64,000 nucleotides of DNA from an uncultured virus (IMG/VR IMGVR_UViG_3300037524_001600). Taxonomy: Duplodnaviria; Heunggongvirae; Uroviricota; Caudoviricetes. The notes beneath the pieces are model-generated. The model saw only the letters and a list, made by a program, of their open reading frames with translations, made no database searches and was not told the DNA's origin. Made by a program: the position numbers and the translations under genes. The DNA lies in IMG/VR virus record IMGVR_UViG_3300037524_001600; one strand, 5' to 3'. This document shows, one piece after another, positions 24,456 to 32,694 of the stretch; position 1 is the stretch's first letter, and every line of letters begins with the position of its first letter.

Positions 24456-26111
24456 CTATAGCGTGACGAACTCTTCGTTGACGTCTTCCTCGCACGCAAT
24501 CAAGCGTCCCGTCTCAGGAATGTATCTGGCGCCTCGCACGCTTCCCGTCTGGCCCATCGTTCTGCTCTTCAGAACACGCATCTTTATCGTGTTCCGCTCG
24601 CGCTCTATCTCGGCCGTCATATTCCTTGCGAAAGAAATAACATCGAAAGAGATCTGTTTGATGGAACCCGAGCCCTTTATGTCATCGAGACTCGGGAGTC
24701 TGCCCTCTTCGAACGACTTGCCTACGGTAGCGGGCGTCTTCCGCAGGTGTGAAACAATCCCCAGCCACAGCGGGTACTTTTTGACCAGGCGCAGCATCCT
24801 GTTCATCACCTTGTCCTGCGCCTCGTTCCCGGTCAGATCCCCGGCCCCCTCCGACACCAGAATCGTAATGTGATCTATGTAGATGTACTGGCAGCCGGAC
24901 AGGCACATGTACTCCATCTTGTCTACGATCGACTCGTCCACCAGAGCTCCCTGGTGATCCAGCAGCATTATCCTGTCGTCCCCGAAAAAGCTGTCGAACC
25001 CCGGCCTGAGCTCCTGCAGCGGTATCTCCTCTAGAGCCGGATTTCGGCCGATCTCCATTCCGGCTATCTTTCTGGCGAACTCCGGCGGCGACTCTTCCAA
25101 AGATATCACACCCAGCCTCACATCCGGTGTCGTCTGCGCCTTCGTCCATATCATGTCCTCCCTGAGCAGCGTGCTCTTGCCGCTGCCGGTGCCGGAGATG
25201 AACAGCGTTATCTCCCCGAGACGCTTCCCTTTTAACTTGGCGTTAACGCCCGCCATGCACGGCGGATACGGCAGGGACGGCAGCTGGTTGTACTGCTCCA
25301 GAGCCTCCCATATCGCCTCCTTGCCTATTATGCCCACAGGCACGTACGGCGCCGCGTCGAAGACGAACTGCAGAACCCGGCCGCCGCCGTGCTTTTTGAG
25401 CACCTCGTTGGCGTCCTTCAGGTCCTCCGGCAATTTGACCAGCTTCGCCTTGTCGTACCCCACTATCTTCACCGCTTCCGCGGTCGCCTTTTCCCCGACA
25501 TCGTCGTTGTCCAGGAACAGCACCACCTCCTGGAATGATCTGACCCAGTCCCTGTTCTCCAGTATTGCCTTGGTCTCCGAGGCCGATGCCAGGGACACGA
25601 CCGGATAGATCTTCCCGTACTTCTCCAGAGAGGCCTGCGCCACGCTCATCGCGTCGATCTCTCCCTCCGTGATGATCAGACGCTTCCCGGCGCCGTTGAA
25701 CAGGTGCTGCCCGAACAGATTTTTGGACTTGGACACCCAGCTGAATGACTTCGGCAGACGGCGCTGTTTGTACGCGCGGCCCTTGTCGTACGGATAGAAG
25801 TGCGAGTCCACGTCTCCATCCTCGTCATACGAGACACGGATTCCGAAGAAGTCGGTCACCTCTTTGCTGATTTTCCGATCCTTTATGCCCAGCGCCATCG
25901 GAAGCTTAGACACGTCATCCGCCGTGATTTTCTGTTCCTTGCTCATATGCTTTACGGCCTCCTTGATGACATCCGCGTCAGAGTATTCCTTTCCGAAAAA
26001 TCGCCGACACGAGAAACAGAAGCTAGTCCCGTCCTCGTATAGCTGTCTCGCATCGTGGCTCCCGCACGATTTATCGGGACACGCCAGATTTTTCTTTACT
26101 ATCTTTCCCAT
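24456..26111 (-). CDS. T7 gp4-like DNA primase-helicase
   Basis: Zn finger CPDKSCGS..CFSC; TOPRIM ITEGEIDA and LDND; Walker A GTGSGKST; DHI; VSHLRK; GSGSIKQ. Confidence 0.93.
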   Translation of the reverse strand: MGKIVKKNLACPDKSCGSHDARQLYEDGTSFCFSCRRFFGKEYSDADVIKEAVKHMSKEQKITADDVSKLPMALGIKDRKISKEVTDFFGIRVSYDEDGDVDSHFYPYDKGRAYKQRRLPKSFSWVSKSKNLFGQHLFNGAGKRLIITEGEIDAMSVAQASLEKYGKIYPVVSLASASETKAILENRDWVRSFQEVVLFLDNDDVGEKATAEAVKIVGYDKAKLVKLPEDLKDANEVLKKHGGGRVLQFVFDAAPYVPVGIIGKEAIWEALEQYNQLPSLPYPPCMAGVNAKLKGKRLGEITLFISGTGSGKSTLLREDMIWTKAQTTPDVRLGVISLEESPPEFARKIAGMEIGRNPALEEIPLQELRPGFDSFFGDDRIMLLDHQGALVDESIVDKMEYMCLSGCQYIYIDHITILVSEGAGDLTGNEAQDKVMNRMLRLVKKYPLWLGIVSHLRKTPATVGKSFEEGRLPSLDDIKGSGSIKQISFDVISFARNMTAEIERERNTIKMRVLKSRTMGQTGSVRGARYIPETGRLIACEEDVNEEFVTL

Positions 26112-26304
26112 CTTTAAAACCCTCGAAGGCGCTCCCGACCCCCTTTGCGAACACGGATCCCACAACCATGGCGACCAGTAGGAACGTCCATTCCTGCAGC
26201 TCCATACGCCTGTCGGACAGCAACAGATACAGAGATCCCACGACCGATATGGCGGAGGCCACCAGCGCCTGTATTATGCTGAGCACGTCCATCAGCTTAC
26301 TCAT
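26071..26304 (-). CDS. Small two-TM membrane protein
   Basis: Two hydrophobic stretches; overlaps the primase start. Confidence 0.45.
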   Translation of the reverse strand: MSKLMDVLSIIQALVASAISVVGSLYLLLSDRRMELQEWTFLLVAMVVGSVFAKGVGSAFEGFKDGKDSKEKSGVSR

Positions 26305-26785
26305 CGAAGTTCTCCCACTTGGTGACTCTCATAAGCCTCTGCTTGTGTCTGTCGGTTATCCGCTCTCTAACGCTCCACGAGACCTTCTCTATCAGGCTGT
26401 TATACCAGCAATTGCTCGTGGGCGCCTCTACGAAGCACAGCGACCAGGTCTCCGAGTAAGATAGAGTGCCTTTAGTACGGTACTGCTCCAGACAGATGAA
26501 ATCGAACTCATCTTTGGGGCGAACCTTCAGCAGCTCGTTCAACACCTTGCTGGAGGAGGTGTATTTTCGCCAGTTGGATTCCTGCCCCCTGTTTATGCGG
26601 CCCATCCCCTTGAACAGCTTTTTACCCAGGTAGAACCGCTCGAGGACTCTGTCTCTTATCACGTAAATGAAGCCCACCAGGTGCGCGTCCGATCCCATCT
26701 GCTCGGGGAACTTCCAGTGCCCGTTGTCGAAGCGCACGGAAGGGGGCGGCATTCCAGAGCCCGGTATAGGACCCCTGTAGCTCAT
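26297..26785 (-). CDS. GIY-YIG-family endonuclease
   Basis: GFIYVI...FYLGKK...ESNWRKYTSSS...E...WYN. Confidence 0.75.
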   Translation of the reverse strand: MSYRGPIPGSGMPPPSVRFDNGHWKFPEQMGSDAHLVGFIYVIRDRVLERFYLGKKLFKGMGRINRGQESNWRKYTSSSKVLNELLKVRPKDEFDFICLEQYRTKGTLSYSETWSLCFVEAPTSNCWYNSLIEKVSWSVRERITDRHKQRLMRVTKWENFDE

Positions 26786-27630
26786 GCCGCGCCCCCATCC
26801 GGCCACCCGTCCAGACTGAAGTAATCCCCCGGATGACGCTGCAGGTACAGCATCTTCCCGTTACTGAGCAGATAGCCGCGCCAGTCGTCCCCGTACACGT
26901 GTCTGTACATGAATAGCACGGTTTCCCTCAGCTCCTCCTCTGATGCGCACCCTTCTAGCAGCTTGTCGGCCGTTTTGGGGCCCACTCCCGGTATCCCGGG
27001 GACGTGATCCACTCCGTCCCCCGTCAGCAGCTGCCTGTAGAAGTACCTGAGGGCCTCCCACTCCGATATCTCGTACAGATTCACATCCGGTATGGCGGAG
27101 TACCGCTCCATCAGATTGAGCTTCTTCATCCGAAAGTGCTTTCCCGGTATGCACCTGAGATCCTTGTCTATCGTGCACACGATGTAGGGATCCCCGGCGG
27201 CGGCCGCCTCCACCGCCCAGGTCCGCATCAGATCGTCGGCCTCCCCGCCGTCGGCCTGCACCGCCATGTCCTCCGCCACCGCCAGACTGCGCAGCGTGGG
27301 GACGAATAGATTCTGCCTGTGCAGATCGGGGTGTCTGTTAATCTTGTATTCCGGGTACATGGCGTTCCGGAAGTTGTTCTCGCCCTTCACGGCCATCAGA
27401 AACTCCGTGCAGAACAGCGTGTCCAGTAGCGAGTCCAGATCCCTCTTGAAGTTGTCCCAGGATTCCTCGAGATATTGCCGATCCTCCTCCGGAGTGAATT
27501 CCAGCGGCAGCTGCTTCCCGGAGGCATCCAATCTGACGAAATTCACGCCGCCCGTCTGCTGCGCTTTTTTAACGTGCCTGGGACGGCAGGCTTGATAGGC
27601 CAGCACGTCGCCGTCGATTATGGCCAGCAT
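26782..27630 (-). CDS. 5'-3' exonuclease (T7 gp6/RNase H-like FEN family)
   Basis: IIDGDVLAY, NFR..YK.NR, EADD, DKDL, GDGVDHVPGIPGVGPKTA (H3TH). Confidence 0.9.
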   Translation of the reverse strand: MLAIIDGDVLAYQACRPRHVKKAQQTGGVNFVRLDASGKQLPLEFTPEEDRQYLEESWDNFKRDLDSLLDTLFCTEFLMAVKGENNFRNAMYPEYKINRHPDLHRQNLFVPTLRSLAVAEDMAVQADGGEADDLMRTWAVEAAAAGDPYIVCTIDKDLRCIPGKHFRMKKLNLMERYSAIPDVNLYEISEWEALRYFYRQLLTGDGVDHVPGIPGVGPKTADKLLEGCASEEELRETVLFMYRHVYGDDWRGYLLSNGKMLYLQRHPGDYFSLDGWPDGGAA

Positions 27631-27658
27631 CTAGAATGCTCCAATTTCATCGTCCATC

Positions 27659-28147
27659 CTACGCGATCCTCGCGGAGACTCTCTTTCCCATCTGGATCAT
27701 CGGCGCCAGCCAGTACGGCGGCTCTCTGCTGGTGTACGTGCACGGGATGGCCGACGCCTTGTAGGCGTAGTATCTGCGGTATGACTCCACGGCGTCCGGG
27801 CCCTTGAACTCGGGCGGCATGCACAGCTCGAACGGGGAGGAGCCGACCGGCACGTGCACAAGAGGCTCCCTCACGTACTCCATCACCTCCGTGCAGGCGT
27901 GCCGTCTCCTGAAGCGCCTCTCGTATTCCAGGCAGATCGCTGTCCCGTGCCTGACGGTCCACTGATAGTTCTGCAGGAACGCTCCGGCCCACAGCACGCA
28001 CGGGTGCATGGCGTGGGTGGGCTTGTACGGGCCGCCGTTCACCGTGGAGAGAATCTGCGCCGTCTCCAGCGCCTGGGATCTCACGTGCTTGTCGAACAGG
28101 AAGCCGGCGGCCTCCTCCGGGTCCAGGCTGAGGACGAATATGTTCAC
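27659..28147 (-). CDS. Pyrimidine-dimer DNA glycosylase/endonuclease V-like protein
   Basis: MNIFVL...DKHV...LETAQILST...YKPTH.MHPCVLW...YRRYY. Confidence 0.8.
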   Translation of the reverse strand: MNIFVLSLDPEEAAGFLFDKHVRSQALETAQILSTVNGGPYKPTHAMHPCVLWAGAFLQNYQWTVRHGTAICLEYERRFRRRHACTEVMEYVREPLVHVPVGSSPFELCMPPEFKGPDAVESYRRYYAYKASAIPCTYTSREPPYWLAPMIQMGKRVSARIA

Positions 28148-28371
28148 TTTTCCAGGCCCTCTATCACGCGCGCGATACTCTTGTACTTGACTCCGGGGAG
28201 GCGCTGCAGCGCCGCCGCGTCCGTGCAGTCTTTGGCTTTTCCGACAGAATAGAACCTGTCCTTCGGCACCAGTACCACATCGCCCGGGCGCACGGGCGCA
28301 CTGTGCAGATACGTGTACGGCTTGGACCAGTAGCCCCTGTCGTAAAAGCAAACGGAAACCGCGAATTCCAT
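28144..28371 (-). CDS. Hypothetical protein (KPYTY...VRPGDVVLVP)
   Basis: ORF track; coupled. Confidence 0.6.
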   Translation of the reverse strand: MEFAVSVCFYDRGYWSKPYTYLHSAPVRPGDVVLVPKDRFYSVGKAKDCTDAAALQRLPGVKYKSIARVIEGLEK

Positions 28372-28638
28372 CTAAATCTCCAGAACGGTGAAATTTCTCG
28401 TGTTTTTCCTGATCAGCAATTCGGTGGCGATCGCCTGATAGTCGGCAAGGTCCCTCCAGTCATCCAGGAGGAAAACCGTCACGTCCGAGTAGCCGCGGAG
28501 CTGGTGCGCCTCCGAGACGAATTTGTACATCCAGGCGTGCCTCGTCACCGATAGGAACTTGTTGAACCTGACCCTGCTCCCGGTGATCACCAGGCGCACC
28601 GGGAGACGGTCAGTGGACGGCGTACCACGTGTCGCCAA
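28372..28638 (-). CDS. Hypothetical protein
   Basis: ORF fills the gap after polA; start uncertain. Confidence 0.4.
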   Translation of the reverse strand: MATRGTPSTDRLPVRLVITGSRVRFNKFLSVTRHAWMYKFVSEAHQLRGYSDVTVFLLDDWRDLADYQAIATELLIRKNTRNFTVLEI

Positions 28639-30478
28639 TTTTGCTCTCCCCTTCCATGATGTTTATTCCGTACAACTTTGGGCCCTCTTTGAAGGAGGCT
28701 TTGCCTATCTCGGCCGCGCGAACTGCGTGCTCATCCGGCACCATGAAATTCTCCTCATCGTGGTACATGATCAGCGGAACGTACGGTATTCCCTCCTCCT
28801 CTAGTTTCTCCATGGTTAGCATAAGAGCGGTGGCGCAGGTGACCTTCTCGCAGGCCTGAAGCAGATAGACCAGGAGTTTGTGGAAGGAGTCCACATATAT
28901 GCGATTGCCGGCTATGGACGGGATGTAGCCGTCCCCGCTCTTCTTGGTGCTGCCGTACACGTTCTCGAGCTTCTCCAGCAGCTTCTTGAATCCAGGGACG
29001 GCCTTCACGAATCCACTCTTCAGTTTGTTGCCTCTCTCCACGTCCAGATTCCCGAAGATGTAGGACCATAACTTGGCCCCGGAGGCGCCGAAGAGGAACG
29101 CGTACAAGATCCGCTTGGCCTGGGCCCTCTCCACCACCCGCTCCACCCCCATCCCGCGGAGCACGTCCGTCAGTATCCCGGCGTTGTGCGTGTGTATGTC
29201 CCCGTTGAGGAGCGTGTCTATATACTCCCGATCCCCCAGATAGTGCGCCAGGCCCCTCGCCTGGTTCCCGGACGAGTCGCAGCCGACTATCTTCCAGCCG
29301 GGCTTGCACCGAAACAGGCTGCGCATCTCCTTGCCCCACGCCGAATCCGCGGTGGGCACGTTGACGATTATCTGGTGTCTGGTGCGCATGCTCGGGGTGC
29401 CTATCGGGAACGACTTTCCGTGCAGCATGCCCTCCTCGTCCACGTTCTCCAGCCACGTCTTGAGTATCCCGTGTCTGGACTTGGTGGTGAGGAACTCCAG
29501 ATACAGTCGCCCGTCCCCGCCGAGGAACTCCAGGCTGTCCTCGGTTATCTTCGGCGAGGTTCTCTCCCTCTTGCCGTCCGGCCCTAGCTTGTAGTTCCAC
29601 TCGGTGGGCTGCCAGCCGTGCCTGAACAGGAACACCTTCACATCCTGCACCGAGTCCAGGCTCAGGGGCTCGAACGTGACCCGGCAGAACGGTCCCAGGA
29701 CCATCCGCTCCTCTCCCTCGTAGCCGGAGCACGGATCTATCCCGAACCAGCGCGCGGTGTTCGCGTCGTAGAAACCCTCCTTTGTCCACCTGGGCCTCTT
29801 TTCCGCCACGCTTCCGTTGGTCTTGTCGACGGCCACGCACTTCATCCCCAGCTTGGACTCCAGCGCGGCGTACGTCTCGGCCATCCTCTTTCCCAGGAGC
29901 TCGAACAGGGCGAGGGCGCCCTCGGTGTCGAACGGCCACCCGTGCTCCTCGGCCCTCGCGTTCCACTCCGACGCGTAGTGCTCCGCCCTGATATACGTCT
30001 TCAGGGCGGGGGCCTTGCCGGACACCCTGCGGAACTCGGCCAGAAGTCGGTCGTAAATCTTCTTGGTGAGCAGCGCGTCCGTCTTGCACCTGACGAGCAT
30101 CTTCTCCGAGTACCTGTCCCACTCCTCGTGTTGAACCTTCGGTGTGCCCAGCTCCCTGCCCCACACCTCCAGGCTGTGTCCGTCGTCCCCGAATCGCCTG
30201 TAGTCCAGCACCTGCGACAGGATCATGGTGTCTAGCCGCTTGACGGACCTAGGCAGCACGAACCCGAATAGTTTTTTCAGGGCCATCAGATCGAACCCGA
30301 CGATGTTGTGCCCAACCACCAGTTCGGCGGACGACAGGAGCTGCTGCCAGCCCGTGTCGCCCTCCTCGAACACCAGCAGCTCCCCGCTGTCGAGATCCAC
30401 GGCCACCATCACCCACATCCGGGTGCAGGTGTCCAGCAGGCCGTCCGTCTCGATGTCTATCAGGTATTTACCGCCCAT
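28610..30478 (-). CDS. Family A DNA polymerase with a 3'-5' exonuclease domain (T7 gp5-like)
   Basis: DIETDG, GHNIVGFD, HSLEVWG; motif A CDSSGNQAR; motif B RAQAKRILYAFLFG; motif C YHDE; GGAGG SD. Confidence 0.93.
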   Translation of the reverse strand: MGGKYLIDIETDGLLDTCTRMWVMVAVDLDSGELLVFEEGDTGWQQLLSSAELVVGHNIVGFDLMALKKLFGFVLPRSVKRLDTMILSQVLDYRRFGDDGHSLEVWGRELGTPKVQHEEWDRYSEKMLVRCKTDALLTKKIYDRLLAEFRRVSGKAPALKTYIRAEHYASEWNARAEEHGWPFDTEGALALFELLGKRMAETYAALESKLGMKCVAVDKTNGSVAEKRPRWTKEGFYDANTARWFGIDPCSGYEGEERMVLGPFCRVTFEPLSLDSVQDVKVFLFRHGWQPTEWNYKLGPDGKRERTSPKITEDSLEFLGGDGRLYLEFLTTKSRHGILKTWLENVDEEGMLHGKSFPIGTPSMRTRHQIIVNVPTADSAWGKEMRSLFRCKPGWKIVGCDSSGNQARGLAHYLGDREYIDTLLNGDIHTHNAGILTDVLRGMGVERVVERAQAKRILYAFLFGASGAKLWSYIFGNLDVERGNKLKSGFVKAVPGFKKLLEKLENVYGSTKKSGDGYIPSIAGNRIYVDSFHKLLVYLLQACEKVTCATALMLTMEKLEEEGIPYVPLIMYHDEENFMVPDEHAVRAAEIGKASFKEGPKLYGINIMEGESKIGDTWYAVH

Positions 30479-31071
30479 CAGGTCCCTCCCAGGATCTTGT
30501 CCACCTCCTCCACCAGTATGTTGCGCCCGGCCCTCTCGTATGCCACCCAGAACTTGAGGTACCAGAGAGCCTTCTCCAGATCCTTCGGGCTTTCCGCCTT
30601 CCTGCCCCTTCTGTCCAGGTAATTCCTGACCTGCCACTCCAGGGCGGCGGCCATGTTCGCCCGGTTGCCGGCGTACGTGGGCAGCGACTGCATGTACTCG
30701 ATCCACTGCTTGTCTTCGAAGAAGTTCTTGTAGTGCTCTGGGCTCACCGGGTCGTCCGCGGAGAGATCGAGCTCCGACGCCGCGCTGGTCATGCGGATCT
30801 CGGTCTCGATCGGATCGAACGGGTCCCACTTGTGTTTCTCCTTGTCGTACCCGCAGGCCCAGGCCCGGTTCCGCTCCTCGGTCACGCGCTGTCCGTGCAG
30901 GTCGTCCAGACTCCTCATCTGGAAGCCCTCTCCCGTGCGATTGTTGGTTACCTGCACGTGTCTCCCGTGCGTGACGTTCTCTTCCACAATTTCGTCGATG
31001 TTTGTGGTGGTGTCGTACCGCTCGGTCCCTCCGGAGGCGGCGGGCCTGTGCTTCTCGTATGTGTAAAGCAT
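30478..31071 (-). CDS. DUF3310 (SaV-like) domain protein
   Basis: DPVSPEHY...YLDRRGRK...DLEKALWYL. Confidence 0.75.
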   Translation of the reverse strand: MLYTYEKHRPAASGGTERYDTTTNIDEIVEENVTHGRHVQVTNNRTGEGFQMRSLDDLHGQRVTEERNRAWACGYDKEKHKWDPFDPIETEIRMTSAASELDLSADDPVSPEHYKNFFEDKQWIEYMQSLPTYAGNRANMAAALEWQVRNYLDRRGRKAESPKDLEKALWYLKFWVAYERAGRNILVEEVDKILGGT

Positions 31072-31097
31072 GTGATCTCCTCTGAGAGCCGTCGAAA

Positions 31098-31583
31098 TCA
31101 GAACGGGATGTCGTCCTCGGACTCTCCCTCTGTGCTGAATTCCTCCTCGGTGAAGTCCTCCATCCCCTGGTACACGTACGGGACCAGCCGGGTCACCTGC
31201 ACCCCCATCAGCGTCGAGGATATGCCCTTGCCGCCGCCCTCCGGCTTCTCGTATTCCTTCTGAAGGATGCGCACGTTCGCGATGCTGCCGTTCCCGATGG
31301 TGTCCCCGTCGAGCGGCCTCATCTTGCCGTCCACGACCTTGATGGGTCTGCTGCTCTCCCCCTGCCGGTTCTTGGTGCGCTTCTTGAGGTTGACCCGCCA
31401 GTACGGATCCCCCTCGTCCGGCGCGATCTTCTTGACGTTCAGCCCCAGCTTCTTCCACTCGTCCTTCACATCAGGATCTTTCGTCCTGATCTGCACCTCC
31501 CACCGCGGGTTGAGTTTGTCGAATTTGTCGCTAGGCCGCGTCAGCTTCGGGTGCCAGATTTCAACGTTTTTGAGTATCGTCAT
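31098..31583 (-). CDS. Single-stranded DNA-binding protein (T7 gp2.5-like)
   Basis: IGNGSIANV, LMGVQV, acidic tail ending EDDIPF; next to polA. Confidence 0.85.
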   Translation of the reverse strand: MTILKNVEIWHPKLTRPSDKFDKLNPRWEVQIRTKDPDVKDEWKKLGLNVKKIAPDEGDPYWRVNLKKRTKNRQGESSRPIKVVDGKMRPLDGDTIGNGSIANVRILQKEYEKPEGGGKGISSTLMGVQVTRLVPYVYQGMEDFTEEEFSTEGESEDDIPF

Positions 31584-31611
31584 CCGCTCTCTCGTTTTCG
31601 AATCGATTTCC

Positions 31612-31631
31612 GGGCTAATCTAACGGGTCCC
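31612..31631 (-). promoter_or_regulatory. Class II putative phage promoter
   Basis: Minus strand GGGACCCGTTAGATTAGCCC upstream of the SSB gene. Confidence 0.6.
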
Positions 31632-31645
31632 GGAGATCCCCGCTT

Positions 31646-31852
31646 CTAGCGACCGGCGGCCAGAAAATCCGCCGGTCTCTTTACCACCGTGATGGCCACG
31701 GGTTTCGCCTGGGCGTCAATCCCGGACAGCTCTCCCTTATAGTCGCGAGACACTTTGACCGGCACGGCGGCTTTGAAATGCTCGAGCAGTTCCGCGCTGT
31801 ATGGCAAAACCACGCCGTCTTCCCCGAGATTCAACAGAATGATGAATTCCAT
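31646..31852 (-). CDS. Hypothetical protein
   Basis: GGAGGAG SD before MEFIILL. Confidence 0.55.
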   Translation of the reverse strand: MEFIILLNLGEDGVVLPYSAELLEHFKAAVPVKVSRDYKGELSGIDAQAKPVAITVVKRPADFLAAGR

Positions 31853-31853
31853 C

Positions 31854-32054
31854 TCACTCCTCCGAAAATGCGGCGTCCCACTCATCCCTGGAGATGCCGG
31901 TCATTATGAATTCCCGATCCTCCGCCGCCACATCCGGCATCAGCTTCTGTATCAGGCCCTCGCCTCGCTCGTACGCGGCCAGCGCCGCGGGATCCACCGC
32001 GATCTCCCTCGTGCGGACCTCTCCGCTGAGTATGCTACGCCTGGTCACCAGCAT
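31854..32054 (-). CDS. Conserved small phage protein (LIQ..MP..AEDREFIMTGI..EWD)
   Basis: Recognisable motif. Confidence 0.7.
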   Translation of the reverse strand: MLVTRRSILSGEVRTREIAVDPAALAAYERGEGLIQKLMPDVAAEDREFIMTGISRDEWDAAFSEE

Positions 32055-32484
32055 CGATGTCCCCGAATCTGCCGGCTTGCTCCCTGTTGCTCTCCTCTGT
32101 CATCAGAATCGAGTCCGTCGCGTTGCTGTTCGCCTCCGCGATGTGCCTGGGCACGAAGTACGTGTTCCCCCCGGCATTGTTGGTTATCAGGAGGAACACG
32201 GCGTACTCCCCGCCCGGCTCGGCCCACTCGGCCACGTCGAACACGGCGGCCACCTCCGCCAGAGAGAAGTATCGCCCGTGCTCCTCGGACCAGGACGCGG
32301 TCTCGATCTCGCCGAGCTCCTGCGCGCTCTCCACGATGAATATGCCGCCGCCGAAATCCGCCTCGATGTCTTCCGAGTTGAATCCCGGCTGCTCCTCCAC
32401 GTCGCCGTACCTCTCCAGGTACCGGAGCACCTCCGCCGGGGCGTTTCTGCGCACCTCCGCGCTGGTATTTCCCAGATCTCTCAT
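32035..32484 (-). CDS. Hypothetical protein (ITNNAGGNTYFVP)
   Basis: ATGA-coupled; AGGAG SD. Confidence 0.65.
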   Translation of the reverse strand: MRDLGNTSAEVRRNAPAEVLRYLERYGDVEEQPGFNSEDIEADFGGGIFIVESAQELGEIETASWSEEHGRYFSLAEVAAVFDVAEWAEPGGEYAVFLLITNNAGGNTYFVPRHIAEANSNATDSILMTEESNREQAGRFGDIDAGDQA

Positions 32485-32690
32485 CGCATCTCCTCTGTGT
32501 TCAGTTCCTTGATCAAATCGGCCAGATCCCGCATGGCCCCCATAGCGCGGGAGATCTCCTCCGCGTCGCAATGCACCCCCGTGCTGATCACCCTTATTGT
32601 CGGTTTTCCGGAGGACTGTAGAACATGCAGCACGAACAATTCCATGTTGTCGCGAGTGAAATACTTTAGCTCCCCCGCTATCATCCCCAT
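32481..32690 (-). CDS. Hypothetical protein
   Basis: AGGAG SD after the RNAP stop. Confidence 0.5.
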   Translation of the reverse strand: MGMIAGELKYFTRDNMELFVLHVLQSSGKPTIRVISTGVHCDAEEISRAMGAMRDLADLIKELNTEEMR

Positions 32691-32694
32691 CTCC

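Noticed and set aside
26297..26785. Intron or mobile homing cassette around the GIY-YIG gene
   Set aside because: The gene is translationally coupled to intact neighbours, and no intron core or interrupted host gene is visible.
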